DNA from: Girardia tigrina
Lineage: Eukaryota
Length of the DNA stretch: 54,513 nucleotides
Direction: 5' to 3'
Assembly (NCBI GenBank): GCA_001938485.1
Contig: MQRK01253783.1
Location: forward strand, 4,482-58,994
Within the stretch, counting starts at the first letter, position 1, and each line of letters opens with the position of its first letter. The translations under genes and the position numbers were made by a program. Of the stretch, positions 14,401 through 26,275 are shown one piece after another. The notes beneath the pieces are model-generated. The model worked only from the letters and a program-made list of their open reading frames with translations. It was not told the origin of the DNA and made no database searches.

Positions 14401-17400
14401 AGTAAGTGGAAGGAAACCTGTTAAAATGACGACAGACAAAAGGAAGAGACTTCTGCAGCGTGCAACTTTGACTGTTGGAAAAAGTGTGAGAAAGTTAGGT
14501 ATAGAAATGAATGTTTGAAAGTCTTACGTGCATAAGATGCTCAAGACTAATAACATAGTGTTTCGAAAGAGGAAAGAAGCCCCAAAGGTTACTCCGACAC
14601 AGATTATTCGCCAGAAAGCCAGGTTGCAAAATCTCGCTAAAATTGTTGTGGAAAAGACCAAAACCGACTTTGTACTTGATGATGAGTTGTATTTTACACT
14701 CACCGGAGCAATGACATCGGGTTATTATGTGGACCAAAAGAAGTTCGGTGATGTACCTGATAATATTCGCCTTAAATTTCGAGAGAAATTCACAGTAAAA
14801 GTTTGGGCAACTGTTTCCAGACGAGGTATTTCAAACCTGTACATCAGGAAATGGAAATCTGTAGCTTCTAATTCGAATATTTATATCTCCGAGTGCTTAA
14901 CGAAGCGTTTGCTTCCTTACCTCAATGAAAAATACCCAGCTGGTCACTTCATCTTCTGGCCAGATCTTGCTTCTTGTCACTACGTCAAAGCAAGTCTGAA
15001 GTGCTTAGAGGACAACAAAATTCAATTTGTCAAAAAAGATTTGAATCCACCTTGTGCTCCCCAAATACGCCCAATTGAAAAGTTTTGGGCTCATTTAAAG
15101 GAGAAGGTGTATGAAAAGGGTTGGACTGCCGATTCTGAAGACCNNNNNNNNNNNNNNNNNNNNNNNNNNNNNNNNNNNNNNNNNNNNNNNNNNTTTAGGA
15201 CATTATTTGCAAATTTTAGACAAAGAATAATGCTTGCTAACTCTTATGGCCTTAGTAGTTTGATATAATAAAATAGTTATTGTGTTATTATGATCTAGTC
15301 TTTGTTCAGATTTCCGTCAATTTGAAGGTCTAATTAAAAAGTTATGGTGGTTTTAAAACTTGTGCACTTTTTTAGTGGACACACCTTATTTATTTAACTA
15401 TAGCAGCACAAGTACTGATCAGAATGAGGGGACATTACATGTAATACAATGTCATCATGAGATAAAATCTGTGATTTTTGTCTGCTGTTGAAAATTTGCA
15501 CGTTGTTGACCAATAATTTGTTCAAGTTCATCAATTTGTAGGCTATCAATCCCCCACTGGTTGCAAAAGGAACGTAGAATATTAATACTGTCAATTGCCG
15601 CAGCCAGAGTAATAGGAGGTTTTTCGACGTTCATCATATCGACACATTCGTCCGACTCTCTAACAACCTACTTTCGTTTATCTGTTCCACTCATGTTTGC
15701 ACAGACTAGCACTGTTAGACGAACCTTGCTTTTCTTTTCCACAAAACATGTTTCTCCTTTGAAGGCAAGAGTGCGCGATGGAAGCAGTTTGTAGAAGAGA
15801 CTTGTTTCATCAGCATTGTATACGTCTTCAGGCGAATAGCGATGTAGATAAGATGGAAGGATGTTCTTAACTCAGCTTTCACCAGCCGGTGAATCTGCTG
15901 ATGTAGATTCTCCACACATGGCTTTGAAACTTCTCGATGTATCCATTATTTCCTTTGAATTCTTTCATACCAAGACTTTCAGCAAATTTCTTTGCCTTGG
16001 TTGCGAGAAGGGGTCCATTCACTGGAACATTTTTGGAACGCTGCTGAGTAAACCACAAAAGGAGAGCTTGTTCCAAATCATCGCTAGTTACCTTTTTAAT
16101 ACGCTTTAACTCTGAGTCACCAGATGTTTAGGACCACTTAAAAGTTTTGAAATTTTCAAGTATTTTAAATATCTGAAATTTTTCAACGCGGCATTGACTT
16201 TCGTTATACAGGTTAATTTATACCTAAAATTTTTGTTCGGTGCAGGAAAATGCTTTGTTAAATAGAGGGAAAAATATATGAGGATTTCTGCCCTCCTAGT
16301 CGGGACAAAAAATTTGCTTCGTTAAATAGAGACTTCGTTAAATAGAGGTTCGACTGTATAATTAAAAAAATATCTTTAATTAATTTTGAAAAGTTATTTT
16401 CAAAAATAATTGAATTTTATTTGCTAAAAAACTTAAAATGAAATTAATTATGAAATAATTGATTTAAAAGAAATATATTGAGCCAAGGATAATTATGTTT
16501 TGTATTAATTTTAAGTCATTCTGAAAAATAAATTAATGAAATCTTTATTGCCAGAAATATAATTTAAAAAAAACAGATAACTTAAATCTTAAAGTCAGTT
16601 TGAAATTCTGCAAATTAAAGATTTGATAAATAATTAATTTTAAACAGTTTTTGTAAAAAATAAAAATAGCCCTTACAAATTTTATAATTAATGAATCGTA
16701 ATAATAAATTTAAATATTGTAAATTATTTTTTGTATTTAAATTGTATAGATAATAAAGGATTTTTAATTAAAAAATTGAGCAAACACATTGAAATAAGTT
16801 TAAAATAATAAATATATTTTGTTAAGTTACTTAAAACATGTAAAAAAATGAAACGAAATAAATCTTTAAAATAATTTTGGGTAATAAAATGTTTTTTTTT
16901 AAATTGAAATATTGATAATAAATAAAACGTTAAAATATTTTATTAATTAAAACGTTTTTACAAATAAAATAACATTAAACTAATTTTAAAGTTTAAAATT
17001 TTTGAAATTTAAAGTTCACCAAAAAGAACCCCCTAACATCAGTATTTATATTCCCATATTTTTGTATATTAAGAATCTCGTCAAAAAAGAAAACGAAAGA
17101 AAGTTCTTCGACGAAAAATTGTTTAAATAATTGTTATTAGTGTTAGAAATAAAATTTGGTGTTAATGAATTATAATCTTGATTAAGAACCCAACACACAT
17201 GAATTGATCAAAACAATAATTGGTCGATTTCGAGGTAAAAATGGCAGTTTCCAACAGTGAGCTATTATTTTTTTGATCAGTGCTCATGGATGCAAAAAAT
17301 CAGCGTAGATGCGCTTTGTTGGGTTCTTGATCTTTGCTTGCGATTGGAAATTTTGCTGGAAAACCGCTCCTTTATGATTTGACAATTCAATCCGCTTTTC

Positions 17401-20400
17401 TTAAACTTCATAGCTCAGTTTAACGAGTTGTTGAAGTAATCGCTTGATTCCTCTGTCATCGAAACAAACTGACATCATAATCTTCTCTTGGTGAATTTTG
17501 GCTTTTTGTGTCATCTGAAATGATTCATCTTGCGTCACCTATGATCTTTTCAGGTTAACGTTTTAATAAACTATCCACTTTTTGGTTCAAAAAACCAAGA
17601 GCCTCATCTGTTATTAACGGCGATTAGTAATGGAATGTCAATCGTTTGTTTATAAATAATAGCCAAATATTTAGCCACTTTGGAACCAGTAATCCAGACC
17701 CTTCAGTCTCTAGAATTAGATTTACAAGATTCTCATCAACACTTTTAGCTGAAGTGTCTTAAGCTTGTTGCAGCTAGAAAACTGTCCAGTATAGTATTAG
17801 TACGTGGACTTGCGATTCAGTACCAAAAGGTAACGTTTTCCTGATAGGTATTACGGAAACGTATAAGCGGGGTCCGTAAAAGTCTTAAGTTCTCTTTAAT
17901 AAAAAAGTTAATGACCCGACAAAGATGTTTTAAAATTGCTAAATTATTTTCTTTAAAAAGTTTACATTCGAATTATATTATTTTAAATTTCTTTATAAAA
18001 TAAATTACAGAAATATTATTTCACCAAAGTGTCTGATAGTATTCGAATGTCAATCTTTGCTTTCCAACAATAATTTAAATGATATTGTCTTAAATTTCTA
18101 ACTTGATTGATTTTACAGTGAGCAAAAAAAGTATGGAAACATGAGATTATAATTTTTTATTTCGTTCATTATTTTTCTCTGAAAGTGGTATAAATCTTTC
18201 CTTAAGTGCTTTCTGGTACAGTTTTAGGTGAGCTTTCCAACGGTATAATAAGCAGCAAGATACATAATTAATATTTTGTAGGATATGCACCAGCATTCAA
18301 AGCTGCTTGACAACGACGTGGCATTGAGTGCACAAGGCGTTCACAAACGCTAACAGGAATCTCAAACCAAATTTCCCGTATTTTTTTCATACAACTGATT
18401 TGCGTTCGAGAAATGATGAGCTCCAAGACATCTTCCGGTTTTAATCCTGAAGATGTTCAATTGGAATGAGGTTTGGCGACTGTGATGGCCATTTCAGGAC
18501 ATTGATTTTATTCTTCTCAATCCACTCTGTTAGGAGTTTTGATGAATGCTTCGGATCATTGTCCTGTGGAAATATCCATTTTCGAGGCATTTGCACTCTG
18601 GTATATGTCAATATTGCTTTTTGAAGGATGTCACGATACATAAATCGATCCATGATGACATTGATCTGCATTAGGGTATCTGTTCCAGATCTTGAGAATG
18701 CTCCCCAAATGAGTATATTTCCACCTCCATGCTTGGCGGATTGTACTTTTCTCCATTTGAGCGCATATCTTTACATCGTCCATCGGAACTAAATAGGTTG
18801 AAGTTTGATTCATAAGACCAGATCACAGTAGACCAGTGCTGTGTAGTCCAGCATATATGCTCTTTTGTGAAGGCAATTCTTTCCCGGTGATTCTTAACAG
18901 AAACATAGGGCTTTTTAGCCGGTTTTGCGTGCATGAAGTCCAACACTCTTTAGACGGTTTCGAATAGTTTGTTTACTCAAGTGGTGAAGGTTCAAACTGT
19001 CTTGAATGGCTTTAGCAGTTAAGAATGGTTTTTTTGGCCTCTTTCACAATAGTTCCATACATGCGTTCGCCTGTTTTACGAGATCAAGTAGGGGGAAAAT
19101 GTATGTTCTCCCCACATGACCCCCCCCGTAACTAGTTACCGCGCGGTTATTATGGCAACGTAAGCAGTTACCGCGCATGGTTACCATAGCAACAGTCGCG
19201 GTTACCATGGCAACGGTCGCGATCACCTTAGAAACGATTCTGATTGGTCGATGGTTCCCTAGCAACGGTCGCGATCACCATAGCAACGGTCATGGTTACC
19301 ATAGCCTAGGCAGCAACCGTTCCGGTTCACTTGGTGATGGTAACCACGGGCTTTGTACTTTTAATTATTGATTGATGGTGACTTTATATATGGTGGGGAG
19401 TGGGGAGTGATTATATATTATTTTTACTTATATATAAGAAGTAATAAAGGGGGTAATATTAGTTATATATNNNNNNNNNNNNNNNNNNNNNNNNNNNNNN
19501 NNNNNNNNNNNNNNNNNNNNATAAGAAGTAATAAAGGGGGTAATATTAGTTATATATTATCATTATATATTATCTCCCCACTCCCCACCTATATTAATCT
19601 CGGCCCCGATCGATATATCGATTTTTTATTGATTCTTTGGTATTAATGAAAAATTTACTAAGTCAATAAAAAAAAACAATTTCTCAAAAACTTATATTCA
19701 ACTCAAAAAAAATTGTACTTTTAATTATTGATTGATGGTGACTTTATATATGGTGGGGAGTGGGGAGTGGGGAGATAATATATAATGATAATATATAACT
19801 AATATTACCCCCTTTATTACTTCTTATATATAAGTAAAAATAATATATAATCANNNNNCACTCCCCACTCCCCACCATATATAAAGTCACCATCAATCAA
19901 TAATTAAAAGTACAAAACCCGTGGTTACCATCACCAAGTGAACCGGAACGGTTGCTGCCTAGGCTATGGTAACCATGACCGTTACTATGGTGATCGCGAC
20001 CGTTGCTAGGGAACCGTCGACCAATCAGAATCGTTTCTAAGGTGATCGCAACCGTTGCCATGGTAACCGCGACTGTTGCTATGGTAACCGTATGCGGTAA
20101 CTGCTTACGTTGCCATAGTAACCGCGCGGTAACTAGTTACGGGGGGGTCATGTGGGGAGAACTTATATTTTCCCCCTACTAGATCACCCACATTTTTTTA
20201 CATCTTCAACGCATCCACAGCTTTGGTACTTTAATTATTTTAATAACAGTACTGCTCTGCACTCAGAAAGCCTTCTCAATGTACATTTTCTTCATTTCAC
20301 CATTCATAAAGAGGTTCACCATCCTTTTTTGAAGATCGCTTGACAAAACTTTCTTGTCGGCATGGTACTGCTGTGTTGAAATAGAAGTTCGTTCAAAATA

Positions 20401-21567
20401 AAAATGAAATGAGAAATTTGTGACACTGCTAATATAGTATTGTCGAAAATTCCAGAAAATAAGCATTAATTTATGCAATTGATTAATTGATTTTTCCATT
20501 TAGTTTCAAATAATGTTTCCATACTTATTTGACCCAAAATTTGGGAAATTTATCATTAAATATAGTAAAAATGTGTCTCAAAACCATTGGAGGGTTTTGC
20601 TTATTATACCGTTGGAAAGCTCATCTAAAACTGTACCAGAAAGCACTCAAGGACAGATTCATACCACTTTCAGATAAAAATAATAAACGAAATAAAAAAT
20701 TATAATCTCATGTTTCCATATTTTTTTTGCTCACTGTATTTATTTATTAACAAAACGTTATTTTTAACTGAGATTTTTCTTTTTCTACGTCTTTGTACGA
20801 GTGGTGTCCCAAAAGTTCGCGGACTGATAAGTAACAACAAATTCAAAAAGTTTATTCCAGTTAACAAAATTGATCAATCCTCATCAGAATCGCTATCGAA
20901 CTTTTCAATATAATCACCATTCAGTTTCACACACTTTTCCCATCTCTCTGTCAACTTCCTAATACCATTATCAATGAAAATACGCGGTGCCTCCGCAATA
21001 CACGCACTTGAATGATTGACCTCCAATGATTGACGCCTTGTCTGGAATCGTTACACCCACTTAAAGACAATCGGTCTTCCCATTGCGGCATCACCAAAGA
21101 CACACAATATCTGCAGTTGGGTGTCTTCCTTCCAGAGGAAATAGATGATTGCTCGTTGAGATTTCACTGCCTCTTCCATACTAACTACAAGAGAGAAAAA
21201 TGACAAAATAATACACTCGTATGTCACACTCATGCCGACGGACAGCCAATGAGAGTTCACCTCAAATTAGTTGGCTCCCCCTTATGTCATCGTACACACA
21301 CCGCGCGTTACAGTCACGCACGCACGTGACCACGCCGTATTCTCTCAATCCGCGAACTTTTGGGACACACCTCGTAGTTTGCGTGGAATTTCTCTATTCA
21401 TCACACATTTATTACTTGAACAATTTTCAGTTCCAACCGAATCAGTTGATCAAGAATCACCAGTGAAAATTGTTCCATTTTACAAATATTTACAAGTGCA
21501 GGACACCGAATCCGATCAAATTGACGAAGAGGGTTTTGTTTTAAAGAAACGAAGACGACGGCATTAA
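2431..21567 (+). CDS. PARN: Poly(A)-specific ribonuclease PARN-like (CAF1/DEDDh nuclease + R3H-like + RRM), copy 1; 17 exons, 538 aa
   Basis: GT-AG reconstruction, all phases consistent, 1617 nt: 2431-2449, 2502-2712, 3049-3185, 3235-3364, 5690-5797, 5844-5988, 6054-6110, 6155-6232, 8229-8272, 8321-8363, 8417-8489, 13038-13151, 13202-13274, 13320-13378, 13430-13522, 13571-13666, 21431-21567. Motifs: MEFDNSNFE..FFSIDTELTGL, QMGICFF, FLNKNNFDYNRCFRDGIPFL, HNGLLDLMH, FPKIFDTRY, FHNAHYDAMITG (all DEDDh residues present); RRM-like IPTDWDKHDI/IKWLN; basic C-terminus KKRRRRH; no C-terminal TM helix (argues against PNLDC1). Confidence 0.9.
4154..4315. repeat. Dispersed repeat; inverted copy at 7216-7424
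   Basis: ~160 bp reverse-complement match (ccgaaataattgggatgaatttatttcaaaagttctatcagac...). Confidence 0.85.
6436..6898 (-). mobile_element. Gypsy solo LTR with 5-bp TSD
   Basis: TG...CA ends; TATAT at 6431-6435 and 6899-6903; similar to the LTRs of 22565-26246; near-copy at 45980-46367. Confidence 0.85.
7216..7424. repeat. Inverted copy of 4154-4315
   Basis: Reverse-complement match with an extra ~45-nt segment. Confidence 0.85.
10410..11285. mobile_element. Probable solo LTR, second family
   Basis: TGTG...CAACA ends; colinear with 13772-17195 after removing the nested insert; TSD not clean. Confidence 0.55.
11433..12480 (-). pseudogene. Highly degenerate mariner remnant
   Basis: TA-CGAGGAGTGGTCGATAAAT mariner-like terminus; SHQSCSLDCSQFHYYFF resembles decayed HPPYSPDLAPSDYYLF. 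Right end approximate. Confidence 0.6.
13875..16356 (-). mobile_element. Tigger/pogo transposon, degenerate, carrying a nested DD37E element
   Basis: TIR CAGTCGAACCTCTATTTAAC at both ends, TA TSD; LEQALLLWFTQQRSKNVPVNG (CENP-B HTH), IYNADETSL, QTKITDF. Confidence 0.9.
14074..15386 (+). mobile_element. Tc1/mariner-superfamily DD37E transposon; one in-frame stop
   Basis: ~54-bp TIR AGGTGTGTCCACTAAAAAA..., TA TSD; ORFs 14246-14518 and 14528-15268 are in the same frame; VLDDELY / FWPDLASCHY / RPIE with 37 residues between D and E. Confidence 0.92.
18116..20736 (-). mobile_element. Tc1 (DD34E) transposon, degenerate, ~135-bp TIRs
   Basis: CAGTGAGCAAAAAAA TIRs, TA TSD; VIWSYESNF, FPQDNDPKH, WPSQSPNLIPIEH. 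Confidence 0.92.
19087..20180. mobile_element. Non-autonomous Polinton/Maverick-like element (long TIRs only)
   Basis: AGTAG...CTACT termini; exact 6-bp TSD AGATCA (19081-19086, 20181-20186); TIRs >400 bp; no credible ORF; contains two N gaps. Confidence 0.75.
20798..21374 (-). mobile_element. Internally deleted mariner
   Basis: TIRs (..GTGTCCCAAAAGTTCGCGGA), TA TSD; QRAIIYFLWKE..VFGDAAM..VFKWV N-terminus joined to C-terminal remnant. Confidence 0.85.
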
Positions 21568-22329
21568 TTGTGTTGCTGTCCTTAGCATTTTGTATGAATA
21601 TATATTAGGATTTGATATATTTTTGCTTTATAATTATATGCCTATTTTTTATGCATGTGTTTTTGATATTCGATTTCAAATGGGTGATTATCACTTATGG
21701 AGTACTTTTGTAGTGATCACAGAGTCGGCTTTGTTGGGGGCTGCGGCACTGCAGCGTCGGTTTGGGTCTCTGGGTTGAGGGTCAGAAATTCTATTTCAAT
21801 ACCTTTAATGTCAATTTTGCGTGATAGATTTCTTATGATTGATTCATTTATCTTTGATAAATTGAGCTTTAGTTTAAAAAATATTTCAGGTAATAGTGAA
21901 TCGGAGAATGATATTTAGTTGAACTGACTCGTGATTTATTAATTGCAATAAATTAGGGACATTTTTTCTTTCTCAAATTCGAAACTGTTGATCTAAAAAA
22001 TTAACAGTCGATTATCTCAAAAAAAATAATCAATGTTGTGTACTATTATGTCCATTTAATTATGTTATACGGTCGAATCCAGTTAAGAATATAAAATGTT
22101 AACTTTAAATGAAATATGTTGCAAATCAGCCAATGAAAGCAATTTAAAATCATGAAAAACTGTCCTGAAATGCAATATAACAATATCAAAGTCCATTTAA
22201 GAATATAATGATTATGGAAAAATTTTTTGTACCAAATACACACTAATTTACACATATGCCCATACTTACACATACCATAAACACACCGTTTTTAAGACCA
22301 CTTAAGTATACATGAAAATTATTTTAATA

Positions 22330-22560
22330 AAAAAAATCATGAAAATTATCTTAACAGTCATCGAAATAATCTTAAAAATTATCAAAATTGCGTTAGAAAC
22401 CATCACCATTACCTTTAAAACAATCAAATTTATCATAAAAACCATCGAAAGCACCTTCAAAATAATCAAAATTGCCTTAAAACCATAAAAATCACATTAT
22501 CAACCACAAAAATACCTTGAAAACCATAAAAAACACATTTACAACCTTCAAAAATCAATA
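22330..22560. repeat. Degenerate ~21-bp minisatellite
   Basis: About ten units resembling aaaccatcaaaattaccttaa. Confidence 0.6.
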
Positions 22561-22564
22561 TCAT

Positions 22565-25500
22565 TATTAAGAACATTTAAACAAGTCTCGTTTAAATCTT
22601 TATTGCAATTACATTTAGAGTCATTAAGACTCTCAGAAGGTCTTTCATCGTTTGTCATCATTCTAATTGGTTTTTAATCATGATTATTCGAACAATTTTT
22701 TTAAATTATTTTTTAAAATTTTTAACCTCTAAAAAATATTTATTAAAAATATTAAATTTTACCATTTTTCAATAAATCCCAAAATAATAAAAATGTCATC
22801 AAATTATTGAAAATGCATTTTTTTTAAAATTTTACTAAAAATTATTAAACTTAATTTTAATTCTGAAATTAAAGATATGAACTTATAAAATGATTATTTT
22901 AATTATGTTGGAATAGTCAATCACTTTAAATTTAAATAAAAAATACCTATTTCCATCTGGTTGGGAGAATCACCATTCTAAATTCAAAATACTAAATCAA
23001 CATACAGCATCCATACATTTACACATTCAAACAATTTAATATATTCCTCACATCCCCCTCGGTTTAAATGGCTTTAGCCATTCTACATTTCTGATCAAGA
23101 TCCTGCCGTCCTCTAGTTGTATTTCATAACTTCTTTCGTGACTTTGCTTTATAATTTTAGCTGGTCCCATATAACGGTCATCATCTTTTGATGGGTTAAC
23201 TTTCTTTATCATGACTTTATCCCTGACCTGAAATATTCGTTTTGTTTCAATTATATTTTTATTTGCTTTTTCTCGACTTTTTCCTTCTGTTGTAGTTTTC
23301 CACCAATGCTTTAGTTTTCTTCCGAAGATTATCTCGGCTGTAGATATTCCAGTTGTTGCTTGGATTGTACCATTTAACATGAATTCTAATTCTTCCAACA
23401 TTTCTACCCAATCTCTATGCATTTCATCCTTTAATCTTAGATTTATGTCGTCTCTTTATTTGTTGTCTCATTTCATACATATCGAAGTCCTCTTTTATGA
23501 ATTGTAAACTTTCTTACTTCCTGCGTGGCATAACATTTTATGTATATCTTCTATGAAGTCTGTTCTCTTCTTCCGAGGGATCCAATATTTGTTATTTCTT
23601 GTCGTCACGATATTGTTTTTTAGAAGTCATTATTTGTCCTTCCTATTCTAATATTTTCTTTAATCTGTTCTATTTCTTTATCATTCGTCTGCCAAATGAA
23701 CTCTTCTGAACCTTCAGTTAATGCAAGGATTCTAGTTTTAACTTTTCCTTTTTTAGCGTCATCTTGCATTGTCTGACATTGTACACATAGTTCACATATA
23801 TTTCTTGACATTGAGTCTGCATTAGTGTGTTTTCTGCCATTGCGGTATTCTATCCTCATGTCTAGTCCACTAAGGAAGTTTATCCAAGTTTAAAATTGTG
23901 GAGTTATTAGATTCTTCGTTGCCATCATGAATGTGATGGCCTTATGGTCCGTTCTAAGTAGAAACTTAATTCCGTATAAGAAATGTTTGAAATGTTGGGT
24001 AAAGTAATAGATTGCTAACAATTCTTTTCTTGTAATATAGTATCCAAGTTCGTATTTGTTCATCTTGTGGGATCCATATACAATTACTCTTTCCCTTCCA
24101 TATGCATCCTTCTGTGCCAGTACTGCCCCGATTGTATCAAAACTGGCGTCTGTATGCAGTATAAACTCCTTTTCGAAATCTGGATATGCTAGGATCGGTG
24201 TTTTTGTCATTTTATCTTTTAATGTCTGAAATGCTTCGTCACATTCCTTTGTCCATGTCAATTTTTTATCTTTATTTTTTCCACATAGCCCTTCCAGTAT
24301 TTTTGAATATTTTGCATAATCCTTCAAAAAATTTCTATAATAGTTCGTTAGCCCCAAGAAACTTCTTAAATGTTTAATGCATGAAGGATTTTGAAATTTG
24401 TCGATTGCCTCAATTTTCGTTTTATCCGTCTCTATACCATCTTTGCTCACGACATATCCTAAAATTGTTGTCTTTTCTACCATGAATTGACACTTTTCAG
24501 GGTTTATCCGAATGCCCGATTCTTTAATCTTTTGAAATATGTGTTCGACTCGTCTGAAATGTTCTTCTTTGTCTTTTGCCAAGATTAGAATATCGACCAG
24601 GTATACAACAGCTTTTTTCCAGTTTAATTCTCCTAACACTCTTGTCATTAGTTCTTGAAATGTTGCAGAGGAAGCTGCAATTCCGAATGGCATTCTTTTA
24701 AAACAATATTGGCCGTTCTTTGTCGAAAATGTAGTTTTTAATTTTGAATCGTTCTCCAATTCAACTTGGTGATATGCACTCCACAAGTCGATCGTGCTGA
24801 AGTATTTCGCTCCATTTAATGTATTTAGCATTTCTTCTACATTTAGCAATGGAAATGCTGGTCTGATTGTGACTTTATTTAATTGTCGAAAATCAACGCA
24901 TACTCTGATATCCTGTTTGTCTTTTTTCCATACGCAAACTAGCAGAAACTTCCACGGCGAACTGCATTTTTCAATGATATCATTTTCATATCATTGGATT
25001 CTCATAACATTGTGTTCTTACATGTCCTTTCTTATTACAATGGTTGCATTTAACATTTGGACATTCCCGTCTCACATGTCCTTCTTCATGGTATGCCCGA
25101 CATATGATCCTTCTCGCATTAAAATTTCTTCTTGGTTCTTCGATCTTTTTCTCTTCGTATCTTGGTCTCTGTCTTCTTGTTCTATATTCTACTTTCTTCA
25201 ATTCTTTATTTTCCTTTGTCGTGTATGCGTCCACTCTTATATTTCTGTCTTTAAGCTCAAATTCGTAAATTTTCACTTGGATATTTTTTATATCTTCTGC
25301 TTTTGTGGCATTTCTCAGAGTCATTTCTCTTCTTACTTCTCTATCTTCGATGGGATTGGCGTACGCTAGATCTGAATGTTATTTTTTCCTAGTTTTTTTC
25401 TCAACTGCTTTTTCCACTAGTTCATCAATCTTTTTAAATACTTCTGATGGATTTTTATCCCCGATTCTAATCTCTACAAGCTCTTTTATTCTCTCAAAAA

Positions 25501-26246
25501 TATTTTTTTCTTTTGAGAATGCACTTCTCATTCTTGTTTCCCAGCTGCCTTCTTGTGTTTTCTCATATTTGTTTATCGCTTCTGGGGTCATGAATGCTGT
25601 AACTAGTATTGCTGTTCTTTCTTCCTTAAATCCCAAAATCTTTGAATATCTCTCAAAGCTTATTAGGAATTCTTCTAATTTTGCCTTTGACCCATCGAAT
25701 GTCTCCGGTCCCTTGATAATTAGTGTCACGTGGTCGTGTGTCGCCATATTAAGAACATTTAAACAAGTCTCGTTGAAATATTTATTGCAATTACATTTAG
25801 AGTCATTAAGACTCTCAGAAGGTCTTTCATCGTTTGCCATCATTCTAATCGGTTTTCTTATTTCTGTTTTTAATCATAATTATTCGAACAATTTTTTTAA
25901 ATTATTTTTTAAAATATTTAACCTCTAAAAATGTTAATTAAAAATATTAATTTTTACCATTTTTTAATAAATCCCAAAATAATAAAAATGACATCAAATT
26001 ATTAAAAATGCATTTAATTTAAATTTTACTAAAAATTATTAAACTTAATTTTAATTCTGAAAATAAAGATATGAACTTATAAAATGATTATTTTAATTAT
26101 GTTCGAATAGTCAATCACTTTAAAATTAATGAAAAATATCAATTTCCATCTGGGTGGGAGAATCACCAGTCTAAATTCAACATACTTAAATCAACATACA
26201 GCATCCATACATTTACACATCCAAACAATTTAAAATATTCCTTACA
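22565..26246 (-). mobile_element. Ty3/Gypsy retrotransposon with two LTRs; protease and integrase core deleted
   Basis: LTRs 25747-26246 and 22565-23052; TSD ATCAT (22560-22564, 26247-26251); PBS-like TGGCGAC after 5' LTR; PPT GAGGGGGA; gag with two CCHC-type knuckles; RT/RNase H 23890-24849 (YLVD replaces YLDD); integrase tail 23048-23422. Confidence 0.95.
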
Positions 26247-26275
26247 ATCATTAAAACTATGTATCAAAAAAACTA

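Larger units (their letters stand above)
13772..17195. mobile_element. Probable solo LTR (family of 10410-11285) interrupted by a Tigger
   Basis: TGTG...CAACA; flanks CATAT/CACAT; splits an older hairpin element (arms ~13729-13771 plus 17201-17220, and 17264-17324). Confidence 0.6.

Noticed and set aside
19146-19345. CRISPR-like periodic repeats
   Set aside because: Eukaryotic context, spacers too short, no cas genes, lies inside a TIR.
19044-19646. ORFs with VATVAMVT repeats
   Set aside because: Translation artefacts of the palindromic motif array; present on both strands.
2431-21567. PNLDC1/Trimmer or CAF1/TOE1 assignment
   Set aside because: R3H-like insert, RRM-like region and basic tail without TM helix fit PARN better; phylogeny is needed to be sure.
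24794-25928. Long + strand ORFs (191 and 207 aa)
   Set aside because: Antisense shadows of Gypsy gag.
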